A stretch of 64,000 nucleotides of DNA from Candidatus Latescibacterota bacterium (GTDB lineage Bacteria > Latescibacterota > UBA2968 > GCA-2709665): contig OZ244937.1 in assembly GCA_965222075.1 (NCBI GenBank), positions 3,968,001 to 4,032,000 of the forward strand, in the 5' to 3' direction. This document shows, in pieces, positions 1 through 9,221 of the stretch. The translations under genes and the position numbers were made by a program. Within the stretch, counting starts at the first letter, position 1; the number at the start of each line of letters is the position of its first letter. The notes under the pieces were generated by a model. It worked only from the letters and a program-made list of their open reading frames with translations. It did not search any database and was not told where the DNA came from.

Positions 1-385
1 CTGCGACAAAGCGCGCCTGTTCGCTGGCGCCGCGCCCCATCCCGAACAGCACAGAACCGACACAAAAACCCATAAATGAGCCCGATATAATGGACGCCAC
101 GCTCAGCATAGCGCCCAGCATGGCCAGCATGTAACCAAGCGATAAGCCCGGCCGCCGTCCCACGCGGTCCATGAGCCAGCCAACCGGGTAGGCGGCCGCC
201 GACCGCCCCAGCATTGTGAGCATGGGGGGCACACCTGCTGCACTGTCGCTTCCGCTCAGGTGCGCGGCAACAATCGCTATTAAGGTGAACGAGGCGATCA
301 TGGCCGCCCCGAATAAGCTCTGAGAAAGAAACAGCGTCGCTGTAATGCGCTTCTGGACAGACTGCGAAACAGTCACGATTGACAT
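1..385 (-). CDS. MFS transporter, N-terminal part (runs off the window)
   Basis: Manual translation from ATG at 385: MSIVTVSQSVQKRITATLFLSQSLFGAAMIASFTLIAIVAAHLSG...GWLMDRVGRRPGL. Hydrophobic helices and MFS motif A (GxxxDRxGRR). Confidence 0.8.
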   Translation of the reverse strand, partial: MSIVTVSQSVQKRITATLFLSQSLFGAAMIASFTLIAIVAAHLSGSDSAAGVPPMLTMLGRSAAAYPVGWLMDRVGRRPGLSLGYMLAMLGAMLSVASIISGSFMGFCVGSVLFGMGRGASEQARFVA

Positions 386-409
386 AGATTCAATCTGTTG
401 AGCGCCGGC

Positions 410-2023
410 TCAATCGGTACCTCCCAAACGTGTAGAGACCGTCGTAGAGGGTGCCCCCTCATTCGGAGGTCGCCGGTAGTCCACGGCGGTGATCCGGTAA
501 AAATAAGATTCGGATGCCGCACCCCGATCCATATACCGCGTTGTGTCCAGCGGGGCCTCATTCAGGCGGTCGAACGGCCCTTCCGGCCCGGGTGCGCGGT
601 ACACGATGTACCCTTTCAGCCCTGTAAGCGCCGTGCCGTCGGCATCCGTTTCCGGAGGCCGCCACGAAATCCGCAGATCCTGTCCGCTGCAAACGACTTC
701 AGGGTACAGCGGAGCGCCAGGCGCCCACCTGTCGTGCGCCTGCGTCGCAATTCCCAGCATCGCGGCCGTAACGGCAATATAGGCCGACTGGTCCTGAATC
801 GAAACCTCCTTTTCGAAGTACGCGGCCATCGCTTCCCAGATCCGGTAGTTGTACCCGGCCAGGTAGAGAAAGCCCCACCCCCAGCAGCCCCGATCCGCAT
901 CGTGCTTATTGGGGGCGCCGTCTACGTAATACCCGAACTTCGGCTCCTCAAGGCTCCCGTTCCAGACGTTGTGGACGAACGTATTGGCCATCCTCTCAAG
1001 ATCCCTCTCGGTGAAACTCAGGCCGCTTTGCACCCCCTGCAGCGCCGCCTGAATATCGATAAAACCATGCCCCACATCCTCCATCAGGTCGGACCAGTGG
1101 CTGTTGGGACCGTATTTCCAGGTATAAGCGTCCACTTCCGCATCGTACTGCAGCTGATCGTGGAAGAACCGCATCATCTGCTCGCTCTGGGCCGCGTAAA
1201 ACGGCACAAACGCCTCTTTATACGGCCTGTAGTACGGCGATCTGGAAAGGCGACGGAGCGTCACCAGCGCATCCGCGAACGACAGGTACATATTCAGCGG
1301 CTGGTTCTTCCACCCAGACCATTCGTAGACGTGGTACCCCCGGTCCTCGCGATAGCGGCTGTTGTCCTCTTCGGTCCACCCCGGGTCCGGCGCCCAGTTG
1401 GCATACCACTTGGCAATCACGTCCTCTTCCACAATGCGGAGGCAGTCATCCGCTTTGGCCCTGTAGGCCGCGTGCAAAGACGGATCGTACCAGACCAGCT
1501 CCACAAATGCCAGGATCGGGCTGATGATCAACCCATCGTCGCAGAACCATTCGGTATATTCGGGCTTGTACTGGCTGTATCGGTCCTGCCCCCAGCCTCT
1601 GTAGCCGTCCACGTATCGGGGATCGTAGACTTCATAGGGTGGCACGTCCGAGCGGGCTTTTAGAATGCGGTCTATCTGTTTGACCATTTTGTCCAGCCAG
1701 ACCGTTTCTTTGAAGGTCCGGTAGAGGTTCAGGTACATCCTCTGGACATAGCCCGAAGGGCCCCAGGCGAACGTTCCTCCGTCGCGGCCATCCAGATAAT
1801 TGTCTCCGTATGCTTGATCCCACGTTACAAAAGCTGCGTACCAGTCGGTACTTGTGGGTCCCTCAAAGGGGATGGCCGGAGGGTGCTGTGCTGACATGGC
1901 GCTTTCCGGATCGGACAGGGGGTTCACCCGCTCCCTCGCTTCAGGCTGTCCTATCAACAAGAGCAGGCTCACCATACCCATCCGGAACCTGCACGCGCAT
2001 CGCATGGTCTTCACGCTTTGCAT
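410..2023 (-). CDS. Putative secreted protein; Trp/Tyr-rich helical (possibly alpha/alpha-toroid, carbohydrate-active) domain plus C-terminal fibronectin type III domain
   Basis: 537-aa ORF with a hydrophobic N-terminus (MVSLLLLIG). C-terminus ISWRPP...GYIVYRA...YFYRITAVD is typical of FN3. Start codon uncertain. Confidence 0.6.
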   Translation of the reverse strand: MQSVKTMRCACRFRMGMVSLLLLIGQPEARERVNPLSDPESAMSAQHPPAIPFEGPTSTDWYAAFVTWDQAYGDNYLDGRDGGTFAWGPSGYVQRMYLNLYRTFKETVWLDKMVKQIDRILKARSDVPPYEVYDPRYVDGYRGWGQDRYSQYKPEYTEWFCDDGLIISPILAFVELVWYDPSLHAAYRAKADDCLRIVEEDVIAKWYANWAPDPGWTEEDNSRYREDRGYHVYEWSGWKNQPLNMYLSFADALVTLRRLSRSPYYRPYKEAFVPFYAAQSEQMMRFFHDQLQYDAEVDAYTWKYGPNSHWSDLMEDVGHGFIDIQAALQGVQSGLSFTERDLERMANTFVHNVWNGSLEEPKFGYYVDGAPNKHDADRGCWGWGFLYLAGYNYRIWEAMAAYFEKEVSIQDQSAYIAVTAAMLGIATQAHDRWAPGAPLYPEVVCSGQDLRISWRPPETDADGTALTGLKGYIVYRAPGPEGPFDRLNEAPLDTTRYMDRGAASESYFYRITAVDYRRPPNEGAPSTTVSTRLGGTD

Positions 2024-2035
2024 GCGGAATGTTCT

Positions 2036-2902
2036 TCACCCGGCGCAGATCATTCCGGTGTGGCGAAGAAAAGCTTCCACATCTTGCCAGAAGACGTCCC
2101 AGTTGGGGGGCATGGTATTGTGCCCGGCTTCGTAGGTGATCAGCCTGCCCTGTGGGGCGGCCCGGCTCAGAGCCCCTCCGTGCGTGTGGGGAATGAGGCT
2201 GTCACGTTTTCCGTGGACCACGAGAACCGGACCGGCGTAGGAACTGACGACCGAGAGATTGTCGAAGGGGTCCAAAACCAGGAAGCCGGGCACCAGACGC
2301 CGCGCGGCGAGCGCCCGGATGCTGGTAAATGTCGACATCAAAATCAGCGCCGCAGAAGGCCGCCGGGCAGCAAGGGCGCAGACGGCACCCCCACCCAGAG
2401 AACGCCCGCACAGAACGATTCGGGACGGGTCAACGTCCTTTCGAGCAACGAGGGTGTCGTATGCGGCGATGAAGGTGTCGGTAATGGTCTGTTGAGATGG
2501 CGACCCCTCCGAGCGCCCGTATCCGGGATATTCGACGAGCAGCAGGCCCATGCCCAGACGCGTGAACCCCTGAAGCTCACCGGGCCAGATGTCGATTAAC
2601 TCCGTATTGCCGTGGGCAAAAATAACCGCCGGCGCAGGTTCTTCCTTCAACTGGGGAGGGAGGAACCAGGCTTCGACCTTCCCGAAGGGCATGTCCAGCC
2701 AGATCACTTTCAGGCCCGGGACCAGGGGCGCTCCCACCCCTTCCCCGGCCTGTGCGCGGGGAAACACCATTTGCCGCTGCAGCAGGAAAAGCAGACAGCA
2801 GTAGGCGAGGTATAATAAAAATCCTCCCAGGACGATTTGAATCGGAAGAGGCAAGTTCCTGCCCATTGTACAGTAACCTGAAACCCTGTTGGAAATAAGC
2901 AT
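2036..2902 (-). CDS. Alpha/beta hydrolase (ABHD17/BEM46-like) with N-terminal membrane anchor
   Basis: FAHGN, EYPGYG, GRSLGG nucleophile elbow, VVHGKRD and GHN motifs. Start is 2902 or 2866. Confidence 0.85.
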   Translation of the reverse strand: MLISNRVSGYCTMGRNLPLPIQIVLGGFLLYLAYCCLLFLLQRQMVFPRAQAGEGVGAPLVPGLKVIWLDMPFGKVEAWFLPPQLKEEPAPAVIFAHGNTELIDIWPGELQGFTRLGMGLLLVEYPGYGRSEGSPSQQTITDTFIAAYDTLVARKDVDPSRIVLCGRSLGGGAVCALAARRPSAALILMSTFTSIRALAARRLVPGFLVLDPFDNLSVVSSYAGPVLVVHGKRDSLIPHTHGGALSRAAPQGRLITYEAGHNTMPPNWDVFWQDVEAFLRHTGMICAG

Positions 2903-3248
2903 CCTGACTGTGACGACTTCACCTTCCGCTATCCAGTATATAAAAAAAACGCGCCTCTGACAACCATCTCCGCCAGTGATGCAAGCCGGAGGGCCATTTC
3001 TTCTTTTAGAAAAATGACGGCCATGATCAACCCAAAAGCGGGTGAGACCGACCCCAGGGTGGCCATTTTGGCCGGACCGAATGAAAAACAGAAAAACACG
3101 TCCCAGCACCCGCAGCTCACAACCGGCAATATTCTGCTTGACACAGTACGCATCCTGCCCCATCATATCCAACCCGGAGAACGCCCAACGGGCCGCGGAC
3201 GCCCGGTTTCCGGTTGCAATTTTAGCCTGTGTTCGAGAGGATTTGAAA

Positions 3249-6200
3249 ATGACTGGTTCAAAGCGAACCGAAAGTCAAAAGGTCGGACGCGTCGCCGCAC
3301 CCCGCTGGAACAGCGCGGGGGAGCGCGAATGCAGGGAGCGATTGGAAGCGCTCAAAGTGAAATACTATCGAAGCGCGAAACGGGTTGAACACCCCTGCCT
3401 GAGCATCCAGGAGGAGAACCTTGACGTTGCACGGGCCAACATCCAGAAACACGACTGGGCCAGACAACACTACGAGGGCATGCTGGCCCTGGCCGGCCAC
3501 TATACCGACCGTTCTGCGGCCTGGAGCGATACGATGGTGCCCGACCTGACGCCCCTCCATGTGTACGGCACTTTCTGTCCCGTCTGCGAGGCCGACAATA
3601 CGTACAGAATGAAGTGGGATTATCGGGATCCCGAGAAGCTCGTCTGTTTCCACTGCGGCGCTGCCATGACCGATCAGCGCTTTGTAGAAAGCGGCCGGCT
3701 GAGACTCCCCCGCTCCGGGCAGGTGCTTCCCTATTATGTCCGGCCCGGGGAAGTGGACGATCGCCGGTTTTCAACGGGCCGAAACGCTTTTATGTGGGCA
3801 GGACGCAAGGTGCATTCGTCCTACCAGGGCGCCATCCGCCAGAACAAGGCGCACCACATGACAGGGGTCGCCCGCACGCTGGCCGTGGTTTACCGCATGA
3901 CCGGGGAAGATCGCTACGCCCGCACCGCCGCTGCGGTTCTGAAGCGGTTTGCAGAGGTCTATCCCACTTATCTTTTTCACGACTACTGGAATACCTACAT
4001 GGACTGCGATCCCCTCTATGCCTGCGAACTTATGGCCCGGGACGAAAATATCGGCAAATATGAGGTCAACGCCTGTCCGGACCAGGACGCCCGGTCCGCT
4101 ATGGCAAGCGGCAAGCTTATCCAGACCTTCTGGGGCTGCGGGCGGCTGTCTTCCGGCGGCGTGCAGGCCGAAGCCCGTCATCTCGTCAACCTCGCCGAGG
4201 CGCTGGATCTGATCTGGGACGCAACGGATCGAGAGGGCCATCTTTTTCTGACCGAAGGGGAGCGGAAGACCGTAGTTCGGAACCTGATCGTCGAGGGGCT
4301 GTTTGCCTTTACCCACTGGGAGGGGATCAACAACAAGGTCGCGGGCTGCCGGGTGGGCGAAGTGGCCCTGGGCCGGTTTCTGGGGGCGCCGGCGTACGTT
4401 CACCGGGGCGTGGAAGGGTTCAAGCCTTATGTGAGGGGGTTCTTCAAGTTCGACGGCTCTACGGCCGAAGGCTCGGGCTATTACGCGTACGGCACGTCCA
4501 ACGTCCACGATTTGCCGGAAGTGGCTCGCGGCTATAGCGATCCTCTGTCGTACCGCCGGAAAGACCGCTTCGACGATCTGGATCTCTACGATCCCGACGG
4601 ACCCTATCGCACAGTGCTTCGGGCCCGGGCCTATATGACGCTGCCCGACGGCCGGGTGCCCCACACCGCCGATGCCCAGGAAGGCGGGCCGGGATGGCCC
4701 GGACCGACCTGGCTGCACAACATCGGTCTTGTGCGCCTGGGCAAGGAGTTCGCCCCCTTTGTCCGGCTGGACAGCGGAGACGACTTCGCCCTGTTCAACC
4801 GTCCCGCCGACCTCGAACCGATTGATCCTCCCCCGGTGCGGGATCTCTTCTTTCCCGGCTGGCTGCTGGCCATTTTCAATACCGGGTACGAGCATATGTT
4901 CCAGGAGGATCTGGCCGGCACGGCCACTTTCCTGATGAATTTCTACGAGCCCGAAGGACACGACCATCCCGACGCGCTCAATATCGCCATGTTCGCCGAG
5001 GGGGTTGAGGTGCTTTCCGACCTGGGCTATATCGGCGACCATCCCCTGAATGCCAGCATCAAAAGCACCTTGAAGCACAATCTGGTCGTTGTTGACGAGA
5101 AGGAGCAGCTGCCGCGCGGCCGGCGCCCTCCCGGCAGCGTGCGTCTGATTGCCGCTTCGCCCCGGGTTAAATTTATCGAAGCCGATTGCAAAGCTTACGA
5201 TGAAGCTGATGTGTACCGCCGCTCCTGCTTTATGGTTCACCGGGGAAAAGGACCGGCCTATCTCGTGGATGGCTTCCGGGTGAAAGGCGGCAGGGTCCAC
5301 GATTATGCGATCCACGGCGAAGGTAAGATCACCTCCCGGCCCGTGGCTGCAAACAGCAGGCCCATCTCTCTTAAAAGCCGGAAAGGGGTTATCGGCCGCG
5401 ACATTGAAAATCTCCGCGCCGGCGCTCCCAGAGGTCCCTGGTCCACAGCATGGACGGACGAGGGTATGACCATGCGCGTCCGGTTCCTCTCGCCTACCGA
5501 GGAGGTTATCCTCGGAGACGGCCCCGGGCAGCGGGACCACGCGGAGATCGGACTTCGGAAGGATTATCTTTTTGCACGAAACCGCGAACAGGGAAGCGGG
5601 AATGGTTTTGTGACCCTGATCGACCACTACCGCAAAACCCCCGATATCACCGGCGTTCGATCCATCCTCCCGCCCGGCGGCGCAGACGGCCCCACAGCGC
5701 TTCAGATTACCCGCCGGGGCGGTACCGATATTGTGCTTCAGACACCGGATGGGTCGGACCTGACAGCCGAGAGGTTTGCGCTCACCGGCCGGGCGGCGGT
5801 CTACACTCAAGAAAGAGGAGGGCGCTCCGCCCTCTTTCTGGCAGAGGCGGCCCGTTTCGCGTCGCCCGATTTCTCGGTTGTATTGAAGCGTCCGGTTATC
5901 GAAGGTGAGATCGCTTCTTACGACAGTACGGGTTTCCAGGCCGCCGTTGCGATTCCCGATGGCGCTGCTCTTGGGAGCAGCTTTGTTGAGGTTGAAGATC
6001 CGGACCAGGGCTGCTGGACGGCCTATGCGGTCAAATCGGTAAGAGGCCGTTGCATCGCCGTTAATTACTTCCCCTTCAACGGCGGTTCCCGCTTTCGCAT
6101 TCCTTCCGTCTTCTGGATGGAAGAGGACACAAAGCACTGCTTCCGCATCCGAACCACCACCTCTGCGGAGATCAAAATTCGAACATCGCTTAAAAAGGCC

Positions 6201-6323
6201 GTTCTGGAACGGGAGGGAAAGCAGGTTGGTATTCTGGAAGTAGAAAGCGAAGACGGCTGGCTCCGTTTCCGTATCAACCCCCGCGTTCTGCGTTCAAAAG
6301 AGGCAATTCTAAAGCTTAAATAG
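3249..6323 (+). CDS. Heparinase II/III-like protein (polysaccharide lyase fold)
   Basis: Long ORF; ATG 3249 follows a GAGAGG RBS. Motifs DGSTAEGSGYY, GHDHPDALNI, LSDLGY and HNLVVVDE are typical of heparinase II/III-like proteins. Confidence 0.75.
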   Translation: MTGSKRTESQKVGRVAAPRWNSAGERECRERLEALKVKYYRSAKRVEHPCLSIQEENLDVARANIQKHDWARQHYEGMLALAGHYTDRSAAWSDTMVPDLTPLHVYGTFCPVCEADNTYRMKWDYRDPEKLVCFHCGAAMTDQRFVESGRLRLPRSGQVLPYYVRPGEVDDRRFSTGRNAFMWAGRKVHSSYQGAIRQNKAHHMTGVARTLAVVYRMTGEDRYARTAAAVLKRFAEVYPTYLFHDYWNTYMDCDPLYACELMARDENIGKYEVNACPDQDARSAMASGKLIQTFWGCGRLSSGGVQAEARHLVNLAEALDLIWDATDREGHLFLTEGERKTVVRNLIVEGLFAFTHWEGINNKVAGCRVGEVALGRFLGAPAYVHRGVEGFKPYVRGFFKFDGSTAEGSGYYAYGTSNVHDLPEVARGYSDPLSYRRKDRFDDLDLYDPDGPYRTVLRARAYMTLPDGRVPHTADAQEGGPGWPGPTWLHNIGLVRLGKEFAPFVRLDSGDDFALFNRPADLEPIDPPPVRDLFFPGWLLAIFNTGYEHMFQEDLAGTATFLMNFYEPEGHDHPDALNIAMFAEGVEVLSDLGYIGDHPLNASIKSTLKHNLVVVDEKEQLPRGRRPPGSVRLIAASPRVKFIEADCKAYDEADVYRRSCFMVHRGKGPAYLVDGFRVKGGRVHDYAIHGEGKITSRPVAANSRPISLKSRKGVIGRDIENLRAGAPRGPWSTAWTDEGMTMRVRFLSPTEEVILGDGPGQRDHAEIGLRKDYLFARNREQGSGNGFVTLIDHYRKTPDITGVRSILPPGGADGPTALQITRRGGTDIVLQTPDGSDLTAERFALTGRAAVYTQERGGRSALFLAEAARFASPDFSVVLKRPVIEGEIASYDSTGFQAAVAIPDGAALGSSFVEVEDPDQGCWTAYAVKSVRGRCIAVNYFPFNGGSRFRIPSVFWMEEDTKHCFRIRTTTSAEIKIRTSLKKAVLEREGKQVGILEVESEDGWLRFRINPRVLRSKEAILKLK

Positions 6324-6347
6324 GAAGGAGATTCACACTGGAGGTTC

Positions 6348-6833
6348 TTATGCTTTTCCCATATCCCGGTCAATCAAGAACAGCCCGTACGGGTCTTCTC
6401 CCACGAGTTTGAGCTTTTCCACAATCGCTCGAAGCCGTGCTTCTTCCTCCACCTGTTCGTTGACAAACCACTGCAGAAACACATTCGTGGCATGGGCGTG
6501 TTCCACCAGCGCCAGGTCAACCAGATCGTTGATCATCCCACTGGCGTCCTGTTCGTGCCGATACGCCTCTTCCGCCGCAGCCAGGGCGGAATCCCACTCA
6601 GCGGACGGTTGGGCGACGTCCTCTAACACCACGCAGCCGCCGCGCTCGGGAAGGAACTCATAGATCTTCATCGCGTGCATCATCTCGCGCTGTGACTGGG
6701 CCTTCATCCAGCGAGCAAAGCCGTTCAGGCTAAGCGCTCTGAAAAAGGAAGACATCGCCAGATAGTTGTACCACGAGAAGAACTCGTTGTTGAGCTGTTC
6801 GTTTAGGGCTTTCTCTATATTCCTGCTAAACAT
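6348..6833 (-). CDS. ftnA: Non-heme ferritin
   Basis: LNEQLNNEFFSWYNYLAMS, EMMHAMK and FLQWFVNEQVEEE ferroxidase-centre motifs. Confidence 0.9.
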   Translation of the reverse strand: MFSRNIEKALNEQLNNEFFSWYNYLAMSSFFRALSLNGFARWMKAQSQREMMHAMKIYEFLPERGGCVVLEDVAQPSAEWDSALAAAEEAYRHEQDASGMINDLVDLALVEHAHATNVFLQWFVNEQVEEEARLRAIVEKLKLVGEDPYGLFLIDRDMGKA

Positions 6834-7234
6834 AACCCTCTCCTCTCAACGTAGTCCCTGCCAATAACCTTCCGCCACCTCCTGAACCCCAACCTCACAG
6901 AAAACTTCCGAAGAAACCCACACTTTTAGCGGAAGTGGGTTAGGGACAAGCCCACGGATTTATCCCCGGGTGAATGACAAACTGAAAGATATTGAAATGA
7001 TCCAACTTACACAACCATTAAAACGGTGCGGCACGCTTCTGCGATCTGGGCCGCCACCGTCCAGGGCTTTTTCTGGACCGTGATTTTTTCTTAGGGTTCC
7101 ATCCCAAATACGTTGTATATTTCACCGATGCTCACCCGACTACAGAGAAGGCGATGTCACTTTCGCCGCCTTCAACCCTCAACACCGCCGCAGCACAACC
7201 GTCGAAGTCTAACACAAACATGGGGAACAGGTCC

Positions 7235-7693
7235 ATGAAACTGTCTAACGCTCTGGCTCCCGACCGGATCGAACTCAATCTGTCAAGCACAGTAAGGAAC
7301 CGGGTCATCAAAGAGATGATCGCCCTGATGAACCGGTCAATGACTCTCTCCGACCCCGACGCCCTCTTCCGGCGCATCCTCGACCAGGAAGCGATCAAGA
7401 CCAGCGGGGTGGACAGGGGGGTGGCCATTCCACACGCCCGATCGGACGACATCGACGGCGTGGTGGTTGCACTGGGCATTTCTCGTCCCGGCCTCGACTT
7501 CCAGAGCCTCGACGGACAGCCGGTGCATCTGATCTTTCTCATCCTCTCATCGGAAGCCGCCATGCCCGCCTATATGAGCGTGCTCAGCCGCACGGCGCGA
7601 ATCTTCCACAGAGCGGAGATGGCGCAAAAGGTCCTGGACGCCGCCTCCCCCGATGAAATCATCGCCCTCATCCGGGATCAGGAACCCATATAA
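7235..7693 (+). CDS. PTS EIIA-type (Fru/Ntr family) domain protein
   Basis: TSGVDRGVAIPHARS with the phospho-His, and SLDGQPVHLIFLI. Confidence 0.85.
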   Translation: MKLSNALAPDRIELNLSSTVRNRVIKEMIALMNRSMTLSDPDALFRRILDQEAIKTSGVDRGVAIPHARSDDIDGVVVALGISRPGLDFQSLDGQPVHLIFLILSSEAAMPAYMSVLSRTARIFHRAEMAQKVLDAASPDEIIALIRDQEPI

Positions 7694-7695
7694 AC

Positions 7696-8037
7696 ATGCA
7701 CCTTCTTCTGATCGTCCTCTACCGCGCAGACCTCCTGGATGAGGTTCTCTCCGCCCTGGTGGAAATGGAAATCACCGGGGCGGCCGTGCTGGACGGAACG
7801 AGCATGGAGCGGGTGCTCTCGGAAGACGTGCCCATCTTCGCGGGGCTCTGGCAGACAACCGGCGGGGAGGGCCACACCAAAACGATTGTTGCGATCCTTC
7901 CGGACCGGGGTCTCCTCGACCCCCTGGTTTTGCACTTTAAAGAAATAGACATCGACTTTACCAAACCGGAAATCGGCAAACTCTTTCTCATACCGGTCGA
8001 TTTTTACCTGGGGTCGGACGCCGGGGAACGTCTATGA
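7696..8037 (+). CDS. PII-like small regulatory protein
   Basis: 113 aa; LLLIVL...LDEVLSALVEMEITGAAVLDGTSM...GKLFLIPVD matches the PII-like fold pattern. Confidence 0.65.
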   Translation: MHLLLIVLYRADLLDEVLSALVEMEITGAAVLDGTSMERVLSEDVPIFAGLWQTTGGEGHTKTIVAILPDRGLLDPLVLHFKEIDIDFTKPEIGKLFLIPVDFYLGSDAGERL

Positions 8038-9221
8038 AACTGGTTATCGTAGCCGTTCTGGTGACCGCCATCGCCTTTCTCGGATCCCGCCTCAGCTTCG
8101 TTCGCCTCCGGCTCCCGCTGGGGATCGAAAACCTCTTTCTCACCGGCACCGAATACGTCCTGGTCGGCCTTCTGCTCGGCAGCACCGCCCTGAACCTCCT
8201 CGACAGGCCCACCCTCCAGGGGCTCTATCCCTTTATGGGCCTGGGGCTTTCCTGGATCGGAATGCTCTTCGGAATCCAGTGGGAGTTCCGGCGGCTGACC
8301 CACATCCCGAAACAGGTCTTCGGAATTTCCCTCCTCCAGGCAATCGTCACAATGGCTGTCGTCGTCGTTCCCTTCTACCTCCTCTTCCAGAAACTCTTCG
8401 CCTACGAAACAGGAATTGTCCTCATCGGGGCCATCACCCTCGCCGCCGCGGCCTCGGACACCGCTCAGAGCGGCCTGGCCCTGGCCGCCCGGAACGCGCC
8501 TTCGGCCAGCCGTCCCCTCCTGCGGCTGCTCCAAAACGTCTCAAACCTCGACGGCTTAGTCGGCGTCATTACCTTCGGCGTCGTCTCCTGTGTGGCCGTC
8601 CAGAACGGCGAAACACCGGCCTACCTCCGGGTCGGCACATCCCTGGGGCTTGGCCTGACCGTCGGACTCCTCACCGTCGCGCTCACCGCCTACCGCTTAG
8701 AGGGTGAGGAGATGCTCCTGGTGGTCATCGGCGCCGTCGTCTTCGGGGGAGGCCTGGCGCTCTACCTGAACCTCTCGCCCCTGCTGGTCAACCTCATCGC
8801 CGGAATGGTCGTGGCCAACCTGGCAAGTGGCCGCGCCAAGGCAGGCGTCCGGAATGTCCTCCTGCGGGGAGAGCGGTCGATCTACATCCTCTTCCTCATC
8901 CTGGTGGGGGCTGGCTGGGAGGTCGGGTCAATCCGGATCGCGGCCCTCCTTCCCGCCTACCTCATCGCCCGTACCCTCGGCAAGACCCTGGGCGGCTACC
9001 TCTCGGCCCAACTCTTCCTGCCCCAACCCGGCCCCTTGAGGCAGATCGGACTGGGACTCCTCTCGCACGGGGGCATGGCCGTGGCCATCGTGGTCAACCT
9101 CCACCAGATCCACCGATCCGAACTCACCGATGCGGTCATCTCCATTGTGTTGCTTGGAATGCTGGTCAGCGAACTGATCAGCCCCACGCTAGTGAGGCGC
9201 CTCCTGGAGAAAACGCCGTGA
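8034..9221 (+). CDS. Cation:proton antiporter (CPA2-like), subunit/paralogue 1
   Basis: About 12 hydrophobic segments; LSPLLVNLIAGMVVAN, ARTLGKTLG and GLGLLSHGGMAVAI. Overlaps the upstream gene (ATGA). Confidence 0.8.
   Translation: MKLVIVAVLVTAIAFLGSRLSFVRLRLPLGIENLFLTGTEYVLVGLLLGSTALNLLDRPTLQGLYPFMGLGLSWIGMLFGIQWEFRRLTHIPKQVFGISLLQAIVTMAVVVVPFYLLFQKLFAYETGIVLIGAITLAAAASDTAQSGLALAARNAPSASRPLLRLLQNVSNLDGLVGVITFGVVSCVAVQNGETPAYLRVGTSLGLGLTVGLLTVALTAYRLEGEEMLLVVIGAVVFGGGLALYLNLSPLLVNLIAGMVVANLASGRAKAGVRNVLLRGERSIYILFLILVGAGWEVGSIRIAALLPAYLIARTLGKTLGGYLSAQLFLPQPGPLRQIGLGLLSHGGMAVAIVVNLHQIHRSELTDAVISIVLLGMLVSELISPTLVRRLLEKTP

Noticed and set aside
398-1663. Long alternative ORFs (e.g. 398-1663 +, 3771-6137 -, 28728-30248 -, 60665-61831 +)
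   Set aside because: Antisense shadows of well-supported genes in GC-rich DNA, with no recognisable motifs.
6940-7030. aagcccacggatttatccccggg and aaccattaaaacggt palindromes
   Set aside because: Resemble degenerate REP or IS200/IS605-associated ends but are single-copy here with no transposase.
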